Source of the DNA: a virus
Taxonomy: Duplodnaviria; Heunggongvirae; Uroviricota; Caudoviricetes
IMG/VR virus record: IMGVR_UViG_3300028888_000043
Location: 265,756-329,755 of that record
Direction: 5' to 3' (one strand)
Length of the DNA: 64,000 bases
The number at the start of each line of letters is the position of its first letter. Position 1 is the first letter of the stretch. The notes under the pieces were generated by a model. That model saw only the letters and a list, made by a program, of their open reading frames with translations. It was not told where the DNA came from and did no database searches. Shown piece by piece: positions 56,517 through 64,000 of this stretch. The position numbers and the translations under genes are program-made.

Positions 56517-59500
56517 TTAACCTGAATATGGATCATTACTACCATTTGAATTATTACGGTTCCAAGCATGGACACTATGATTACCATAGACATGAGCATT
56601 TATATTCAACCATTTATAATAATAAGATTTGTATGAATTAGATGTGAGAGAAGAATATGGGAAATTATTACTCTCTAAAAATGCTTTTACATAACTTATT
56701 ACATTCTCATATGTTGTACTGTCATCAGGATCATAATTGTTAAATGAACTACTAAATTGAAGAATCAAATCAAAATTCATATCTATTTTAAATATATTAA
56801 GTGTAAATGGTAATGTAGTTGAACCTTCTCGTAGTATAGTCATATTACTATTTTCAGAACCATGGTGTATCATAAACACATGAACATTTACAAATACCTT
56901 TTCTATTACTTTCGTACAAGTTAAAGCATCAGAGCTAATAGTACATACTGGATAAATTGAAATTTCAAATTGTCCATCATCCCAACCGGAACTATCATGA
57001 TTAATATTAATACTTGTATCAAATGGTATATAATTATCAAGATTCTCAATCATTGCACCATCCCAAGATGATTTTGAATATTCACCATCAGATATAGTAT
57101 CAGAGGTTGCCCCCCATAATCCAGCACTATACATCATTGAAGTATCACCTTTCAATAATGTTATAGCCAAATTAAACAATTTATCTGCACCATATTCTGA
57201 ATCAACAGGATCATCATAAGAGTTAAATGATTTTGAATAAATACAAGATGAATCATTTACACCAAAAGAAAAACCTCCTGATTTGAAATACTGGAATATT
57301 GTACAATTATCTTGTGTGATTTCTGTTGTAGAACCAGTATTTATATATGATGTTCCTCTTTCACCAGAACCTGGATTAGTATACTTTACTGTATCTAATC
57401 TATCAAATGTTGAATATGCACAATCTGTTTTTTCATCAGTAGATGATGATTTTATGGATTTAGATACCATATAACCATACTCAGTTGATTTATTACTACC
57501 CCAACTTAATACTTTAATTCTGTATAATGTATCAGATTTCTTATTAGTTATATATCCAGTAACATCACCATTGTCTGGTCTTGTTATATAATACTTGAAT
57601 GTTTTACTGCTTCCTTTACCTGTTGCAGAAGTACTACCATAAAAATATTTATTAGATATATTATTAGTAGTTGATGTTGGCAGAGTACCTATATTAAATC
57701 TAAGTATATTATATTTAGGAATAAATCTCATATTTGATTGTGCAGATGAAAATAAAGATTTCCAAATACTTGGATTTAATATATAAGGTGTTCCATTATA
57801 CATCATACACAAAGTAGGGACAGCATACAACTTATCTACTGTCGTACCATTTTCTTTAATGTCATCATTTTCATTAACAACCTCATCAACAAGAGTTATA
57901 TATAGACTATTGGTTATTTCTTTTGTTCCAGATCCAGTTCTTTTTGACAATGTACCGGTTGCTGAAATATTGAATTGTGAACTATCAACAAATGTTGATT
58001 TATTCAATGATCCAACATAATCAGAAGTTGTTAAGGTTGGATCAGTTGGATATGCAACATTTGATATTGATTCAAATTTATCAGCCATAATAGAACCCTT
58101 TGCAGTAACCTGTCCAAATTCATCAATCTTGAAGTTATCAGAGTTTATTGTAAATGTACCTGAACTCAATGAAAGTTTATGACTTGAAGAAAGGTTTATT
58201 TTATCAGCATTGAGTGTAATACTTGAACCAGTACTTTCATTGGCTTCTGCAAAGATTGCAGCAGCAATTTGGTTGTCTTCATCATCATCAACAGCCGCCA
58301 AAATAGACACAACACTTACACCATCACCAACAGATTCTGAAATTGAAGCAATTTCATTTACTATTTTAATGAGTTTCGAACGATCAGAAGTTCTTACATC
58401 TGAATAATTTTGAGCAGGTTGACCATTACTTTTTAATGCCCTTCTTCTTGTACCATTATCATCAACCAAAAGATAACCAGCATCATCTTTCAGATATTCC
58501 ATATTAGCAACTGCTGAATCAATGGATGCAAAATGTTCTTCAGTGTTAGTTGATAATGTAGAAATAGCAGAAGATAATTCATCAGTTTCACCATTTAATG
58601 ATGTTACAGAATTTTGAAGAGATGCTATAGAATTATTATGTGATGTTAATGTTGATTGCACTGAATTAATTGAACCAGTTGTGTCATTTATCCAGTTAGA
58701 AAATGTTGTTGTACTTGTTTCATTAGAAATAATACCATTTAAAGTACTTGTAACTTGACCAGTTAAATCAGTATTAGATACAATGGTGGCCATACCAGAT
58801 GATAATTTATCCGCAAATTGACCTGAATAAGTACCATCTGAACTTATGAATCCTTTAAGATATTCATAAGTAGACAAAGCACTTGATATATTTGATTCAG
58901 TAGTGCTTAAAATATCATTTTTTGCATTATCAACAATTGCTTGTACAGTACCTTCAATATTATCTGAATCAAAGTATTTTGCAACAGTTACCGGTTGTGA
59001 CCATTTACTCCAGGTTGTATCATAACCAGATCTCTGTGACCTATATTCAAATGGATGAGAAGAATCAGCACCCATTGGTTCAGATGTGGATGTAGATGTG
59101 ACATCTTTATTTCCAATCTTGAACACAGGGTCATCTTCTGGTGTATCTTGGGCAACAGTGACCACTGTACTACTTCCATAACTTACATTAGTGTCATATC
59201 TGAAGTAGCAGTACTCATAACCATTACCATCCTTGACTTCTTTAAGGACATATATGGTTTCTGTATCAACCCTTGTCTCAAATTCACCATCCTCACCAAT
59301 AAAGTCAGCATCAAGCATAAGTGTCAACTTGTCACCAGATGCAAGTTTACGACTTTCACCATCAATGGTATATGTTCCATTTGTATCAATTGAGAATGTG
59401 GGACTTGTAAATTCTGTCGGATCATCATCATTGATACTCAACCAGAGTTTGAATGGATTAGTTATACTATATCCATTATATACTTGTCCATTCTCACCAT

Positions 59501-62500
59501 TGTTTTCAATAACATCAATAGTCAAGGAAGCAGGTTTTCTTTGATTATCTACTCTTCCTATCAAAATAGCATTATCAGAAGGAACAATTTTATATGTAAC
59601 AGGACTTGTTGTTGTTGTAAGTTTATAGGTGGCCATTCTTACTGGTTCAGTTGGATCTAAACCAACAACAGTGAAAACAATGTTTATATATTCTGATTGA
59701 AGAAGTAGAAACGCATCATTGCCAGGATTAGAATTGACACTCAACTTCATTGTTATACTATTTGCTCCACCAGAAATATCTGAACCATCTATATATGGTG
59801 TATTTTCATCACCATTAATATAAAATTCAATAGCACCTTCTAAACCTTCTAATTCTTCACCGCTTATTGAACAGGATTTTATTTTCATTGCCTGTGAACC
59901 CTTGTACATTCTGACAGTTGTAGTGAACACATTGTTTACATTTGGGAAAACTTCAACTGTACCATCTTCCAACCTTTTTGCTCTTACAACATCCATTTCA
60001 TTGTCCAAGTCTGCATAAATGGCATCAGCACCATTTTCACCCTGACCATAGATACCAGCAACAAGAGGTGTTGACCAATGATTCTTTTCAGTGTCTTCAA
60101 ATATCTTATAACTGACATTCCAAAGGAATCTGTTGTCAGCATTAGGTATAGTCTTGGATGCATCTGTTGTCCAGTAATTAATACCTTCCACACCTTCAAC
60201 AGGAAGTGTATCCACTGTATAAGGTATTAAACCATTCATAGCAGGTGCATTTGAACCATTATCACAGAGACAGTAATAATCAACCACATCAACAATACCA
60301 TCTGCATACACAGAGACAAGATGTGGATCAAGTACTTCAACCCTGTCACCGGTATAGGTGATGGTCTCAACATTGAAGAGATACTTGTTCTCTGAATTCC
60401 AGTTTGCAAGTGCGGTCTCCTTATCCACCCAGTATTCAGTATCAATGGTGTTTCCATCATCACCAAAATGGGTATCAAGGTCACTTGGACTGATATTGGA
60501 ATCAACATGGTAGTACTCATGCACTTCTGTGATTGTACTCATAAAGACAGCCCAGAGAACAGGTTTCTTTGGAGTTGAAGATGACTTGTTTCCATAGAAT
60601 GGAGTCCATTTCTGTGTCTTGAAATCATACTTTCTCCATCCCATCCATACATATTTGGCATCAGGAAGTGATGGTTCAATAGGTTCATCTGTCCAGTAAT
60701 CAGGAACAATATTAGGTGTTACATCCCAGTTTGGACCATTTGGAGGTAAGAGAATATCAGTATTATATGTATCAGTACCTCTATAGATAAACTCATATCC
60801 ATAACCATCCTGACCTTTGAACAGACTCCAGTTCCAGGTTTCACCATTAGGACCTACACCATTAGGGTCAAATGACCATGCAGGTCTCTGACCTTCAGGA
60901 TAAGTGATAAATCCAATATATTTTGCAAAAGGAATCTCATCATCCTCGGCAAATCTCTTTGGAAGAGGTTCACCCTCGGCGACAACCACATCGGTGTTAT
61001 CCATAGCATACTTGACAAGGATTTCACCGGCAGGACCGGTAGGACCGACAAGATTACCCACATCCTGCCAAGAGTCACCATCCCAAAGGATGAGGTGATG
61101 GTTAGGACTGGTGTAGGTGTCACCTATGTTCTCATCAGTACCAATATGTTCATCTGTGTAGTAAGGAATCCAGGAACCGGATACATACTTCCACACACAA
61201 AGAGCACCGCCAAGGTCATCAACACCATAATAGACATCATTCTCTGCCATATCATGTGGATAGACAATAGCCAAATCACCCTCATTAGGTGTAGGGACTA
61301 TACTTGACTTGACAGAATTGAACTTCTCTGTTGCGGTATCAACACTATATGTAACACCTTCATCAAGATAATACTCATATCTGACAAATCCCTTTACATT
61401 GATTGATCTTCCTTCCGGACCAACCTCACCCTGCTCACCTTTCACCTTGGTGAGTTTCCAGTTTGTCCAGACACCACCCTTGATTTGACAGGTTGCCATA
61501 TAGATTGCATTCTCCGCATCATCACCAAATTGGAGACCAAGACCTTCAACAGTCTGTGAATCAGCAGTGATATAACCATTCTTGACAGCATTTCTCCATG
61601 CCTCTTCAGATGTGTTCTCATCATAACCATTCATCTTCAAGAAGACCTCGAAGTTGAATGCATCACTTTCAAACCTCTGCCTTACAGCAGGTGTGATGTC
61701 TTCCACTGAACACCATTCAACCTGGAATCCCTTCTGGTCAACCATCTTTTGAGGGACAGACCAATTGGTAATATTCTCACCCTCATTCACATGTGCAGTA
61801 GTCATCCAGATAATTATCTTACCACGAGCTGCATCAGGGTCCGGACCATCTGTCCAGTGATATGTGTTTCCATTGACAGTTATGTCATTAGGATAAGGAT
61901 TATCATATGTACCACCGGAAAGGGTAAGTGTACCACCTTCAACCAGTTTGTCAAGTTCAATATTTGTCTCTGTTGCTGTGAAGGCAAATGTAGTGAACTG
62001 TGCAGTACTGTAATTACCCCAGAGTTTAGGATATGAGAACTTACCCCATACACCATTCTCTGACTTCCTTATGGACACAAACTGATACTGATAACTTGCA
62101 GTGACATCGGTAGGATTGTCAAGCCAGTTACCCAAAGTACCCCAAGGAATGGCTGCATTGAGATAATCATCAAGGTTGTTGTAATCAGTCTCATTGAATA
62201 TTCCAAGTTCCTCATCATGCATCTTCTGCTGGACGGCTGTCATATTTTCACCATTAGCAAACCAAATTATGTTTGGAACAAAGTCATCCATTGAATAGAC
62301 TGCCTTTGATGTAGCATTGTTGTTGAATATGTCAAAGTAGGAGTTCCACTGTTCCTCTGATACACCGAATGTACTTGATGAACCAAGGCAGAAGATGTAC
62401 TCAACACCATCACCATCAGTTCCATCCTCCCCCCAGTGACTCCAGATGACTGGTTTAGGTGGAACTGTCCAAAGTGTTGAACTGTCACCTGCTGTCTTGT

Positions 62501-64000
62501 TCCTTGACCATACCCATTCTTTCTTTCTACCGTCCTCATCAGAAACACCCTGTGGATTGTCATACCAATGAATACCATTATAATCATAATATGGAGTTTC
62601 AGGATTGCTGGATGCTGCTTCAACTGCATCAAAAAATGCCATCAACTGTTCATATGTTGAGCTGTTAGGATCAGGATATTTCAAATCTGCCTCAACATCA
62701 CAAAGGGCATACACAAACTCAATGGTACTACCATCTGCACCAGGGCGTCCTCTGTAACCTGTGATTCTGAATGGTTCTGATGAACTGACAGCAATACCAT
62801 TCTCCGCAAATGTCATTGAACAAATCCAAGCAATCTTGTTTTCCTGATAGACATCACTGTCTATCCAGACACCAATTTGGGTACTTGGATTATCCTTATC
62901 ATATGCAGGAGCTTCATAAGGTCTTGAATCATTCTCACCTGCTTTCAGTCTATCATCACCTGCCCACCATCCATAATCAAGACTTGGAGGTGTAGGTGTC
63001 TTACCTTCATCTACATTACAATATACCATAAAGACTCTTGTCTGAATCAAGTATCTTGACCAGAGTTTAGGTGTACTGTATGGACCCCATTCCTTCTTCT
63101 CTGTTGTTGGGTTGGTGTAAGACTTACGGATAGATACAAACTGGAATGGCTTATCATATGTTGTCTCCTGTGGATCATCAGTCCAGTCCTTGTCAAGACC
63201 GAAATATGTGAGGTTTGATACCTCCGCATTCCACAAGTCATTGAATTCTGTCTCTGAAAGAAGTCCTCCATCTACGATCGCCTCTTTCGCAGCCTGTCTA
63301 CCATCCACTACACCGTCACCATTGGTGTCTGCTGTGAACCAGCGGGCATCAGGATAGAAATCCTTCAGGTTATAAATGGCTTTCTTGCAGATGTCTCTAT
63401 TTGAACTGGTTGATTCTGGTTTCTCAGGAGGAAGCTCATTTGTAGGGAACACATCATCATTGTGCTGTGACAAATGGAAGACGTACTCTACCCCATCACC
63501 ATCGGTTCCATCCTCTCCCCAGTGACTCCAGATGACTGGTTCAGGTGTGAATGACCACCTTGTCTCATCATATGCCTTTGACCTCTGCCATACCCATTCA
63601 GTCCTCTTTCCAGGTACATCATCTATACCCTGTGGACTGTCATACCAGGCAGTAGTACCATTGGCATCTGTATATTCATAATAGGCGATACCATTTTCAT
63701 CAATATGGATGTTGGCAAGGTCAAGACCTTCATTCACAGGGTCATCTGGATTGGAAAGGTTGGCCTTTTTCGCATTGTCAATATTATAAAAGAATGAACA
63801 GATGAAATCATATTCTTCATCAGTCATACTGACACCAGATACAGGATGAGCAGGCATACCTGTACTCAATGCATATATGAACTCAATGTTGTCACCATCC
63901 TCACCAGGTTCACCCTTCTCACCGGAAATCCTGAATGGTTGTGACCAGGATATATTCTTACCATCATCAGTGAATACACCAGAACACATCCAGGAGATGG
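56517..64000 (-). CDS. Giant tail fibre protein (5' end outside window)
   Basis: >2490 aa; repeated WSHWGEDGTDGDGVEY and W.D.P.G..E motifs, short Gly-X-Y runs, coiled coil, AT-rich C-terminal domain. Confidence 0.75.
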   Translation of the reverse strand, partial: ISWMCSGVFTDDGKNISWSQPFRISGEKGEPGEDGDNIEFIYALSTGMPAHPVSGVSMTDEEYDFICSFFYNIDNAKKANLSNPDDPVNEGLDLANIHIDENGIAYYEYTDANGTTAWYDSPQGIDDVPGKRTEWVWQRSKAYDETRWSFTPEPVIWSHWGEDGTDGDGVEYVFHLSQHNDDVFPTNELPPEKPESTSSNRDICKKAIYNLKDFYPDARWFTADTNGDGVVDGRQAAKEAIVDGGLLSETEFNDLWNAEVSNLTYFGLDKDWTDDPQETTYDKPFQFVSIRKSYTNPTTEKKEWGPYSTPKLWSRYLIQTRVFMVYCNVDEGKTPTPPSLDYGWWAGDDRLKAGENDSRPYEAPAYDKDNPSTQIGVWIDSDVYQENKIAWICSMTFAENGIAVSSSEPFRITGYRGRPGADGSTIEFVYALCDVEADLKYPDPNSSTYEQLMAFFDAVEAASSNPETPYYDYNGIHWYDNPQGVSDEDGRKKEWVWSRNKTAGDSSTLWTVPPKPVIWSHWGEDGTDGDGVEYIFCLGSSSTFGVSEEQWNSYFDIFNNNATSKAVYSMDDFVPNIIWFANGENMTAVQQKMHDEELGIFNETDYNNLDDYLNAAIPWGTLGNWLDNPTDVTASYQYQFVSIRKSENGVWGKFSYPKLWGNYSTAQFTTFAFTATETNIELDKLVEGGTLTLSGGTYDNPYPNDITVNGNTYHWTDGPDPDAARGKIIIWMTTAHVNEGENITNWSVPQKMVDQKGFQVEWCSVEDITPAVRQRFESDAFNFEVFLKMNGYDENTSEEAWRNAVKNGYITADSQTVEGLGLQFGDDAENAIYMATCQIKGGVWTNWKLTKVKGEQGEVGPEGRSINVKGFVRYEYYLDEGVTYSVDTATEKFNSVKSSIVPTPNEGDLAIVYPHDMAENDVYYGVDDLGGALCVWKYVSGSWIPYYTDEHIGTDENIGDTYTSPNHHLILWDGDSWQDVGNLVGPTGPAGEILVKYAMDNTDVVVAEGEPLPKRFAEDDEIPFAKYIGFITYPEGQRPAWSFDPNGVGPNGETWNWSLFKGQDGYGYEFIYRGTDTYNTDILLPPNGPNWDVTPNIVPDYWTDEPIEPSLPDAKYVWMGWRKYDFKTQKWTPFYGNKSSSTPKKPVLWAVFMSTITEVHEYYHVDSNISPSDLDTHFGDDGNTIDTEYWVDKETALANWNSENKYLFNVETITYTGDRVEVLDPHLVSVYADGIVDVVDYYCLCDNGSNAPAMNGLIPYTVDTLPVEGVEGINYWTTDASKTIPNADNRFLWNVSYKIFEDTEKNHWSTPLVAGIYGQGENGADAIYADLDNEMDVVRAKRLEDGTVEVFPNVNNVFTTTVRMYKGSQAMKIKSCSISGEELEGLEGAIEFYINGDENTPYIDGSDISGGANSITMKLSVNSNPGNDAFLLLQSEYINIVFTVVGLDPTEPVRMATYKLTTTTSPVTYKIVPSDNAILIGRVDNQRKPASLTIDVIENNGENGQVYNGYSITNPFKLWLSINDDDPTEFTSPTFSIDTNGTYTIDGESRKLASGDKLTLMLDADFIGEDGEFETRVDTETIYVLKEVKDGNGYEYCYFRYDTNVSYGSSTVVTVAQDTPEDDPVFKIGNKDVTSTSTSEPMGADSSHPFEYRSQRSGYDTTWSKWSQPVTVAKYFDSDNIEGTVQAIVDNAKNDILSTTESNISSALSTYEYLKGFISSDGTYSGQFADKLSSGMATIVSNTDLTGQVTSTLNGIISNETSTTTFSNWINDTTGSINSVQSTLTSHNNSIASLQNSVTSLNGETDELSSAISTLSTNTEEHFASIDSAVANMEYLKDDAGYLLVDDNGTRRRALKSNGQPAQNYSDVRTSDRSKLIKIVNEIASISESVGDGVSVVSILAAVDDDEDNQIAAAIFAEANESTGSSITLNADKINLSSSHKLSLSSGTFTINSDNFKIDEFGQVTAKGSIMADKFESISNVAYPTDPTLTTSDYVGSLNKSTFVDSSQFNISATGTLSKRTGSGTKEITNSLYITLVDEVVNENDDIKENGTTVDKLYAVPTLCMMYNGTPYILNPSIWKSLFSSAQSNMRFIPKYNILRFNIGTLPTSTTNNISNKYFYGSTSATGKGSSKTFKYYITRPDNGDVTGYITNKKSDTLYRIKVLSWGSNKSTEYGYMVSKSIKSSSTDEKTDCAYSTFDRLDTVKYTNPGSGERGTSYINTGSTTEITQDNCTIFQYFKSGGFSFGVNDSSCIYSKSFNSYDDPVDSEYGADKLFNLAITLLKGDTSMMYSAGLWGATSDTISDGEYSKSSWDGAMIENLDNYIPFDTSININHDSSGWDDGQFEISIYPVCTISSDALTCTKVIEKVFVNVHVFMIHHGSENSNMTILREGSTTLPFTLNIFKIDMNFDLILQFSSSFNNYDPDDSTTYENVISYVKAFLESNNFPYSSLTSNSYKSYYYKWLNINAHVYGNHSVHAWNRNNSNGSNDPYSG

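Noticed and set aside
2892-63271. Numerous antisense or alternate-frame ORFs in the track (e.g. 4683..5186, 15685..16272, 43558..44148, 47114..47683)
   Set aside because: Shadow ORFs overlapping well-supported genes, with no motifs or promoters
1-64000. Stop-codon reassignment (Lak/crAss-style TAG or TGA recoding)
   Set aside because: Very long structural ORFs are uninterrupted in code 11, and TAG/TGA end genes at sensible boundaries
1-64000. tRNA or rRNA genes
   Set aside because: No cloverleaf or T-loop signature found by eye; the anti-SD-like 10-13-mer at 17246 and 18381 is part of a terminator stem

Overview
A 64-kb segment of a large T4-like (myovirus-type) dsDNA phage, most probably infecting Bacteroidota. 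A canonical Bacteroidota TTTG-N20-TAnnTTTG promoter is present, translation starts are AT-rich and mostly lack Shine-Dalgarno sequences, and several gene families are typical of Bacteroidota phages. The standard genetic code fits. The window holds: a head module (portal, prohead protease fused to a scaffold-like region, major capsid protein); two paralogous giant tail-fibre genes in opposite orientation, truncated at the two window ends; very large virion proteins with Ser/Gly-linked cassettes; nucleotide-metabolism genes (thyA, folA, 5'-nucleotidase, DEDD exonuclease); KptA/Tpt1; and a DNA-methylation island (about 19.2-29.4 kb). The most striking observation is in that island. Beside an intact Sau3AI-like C5 methyltransferase there is a C5 methyltransferase broken into separate genes: one catalytic chain (motifs I-VIII), three alternative motif IX-X chains (two carrying their own target-recognition domain, TRD), and a TRD-only ORF. 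An SAH/MTA-nucleosidase-like gene and a free-standing endonuclease sit among them. This looks like a combinatorial, multi-specific heteromeric methyltransferase. Other highlights: a small early protein resembling a major-capsid helix, a family of late anchor-plus-lectin-like proteins, and two phage promoter classes (YATAAATA and TTTGTTATATTT) fused to terminator hairpins. All assignments come from motif recognition by eye; no searches were run.
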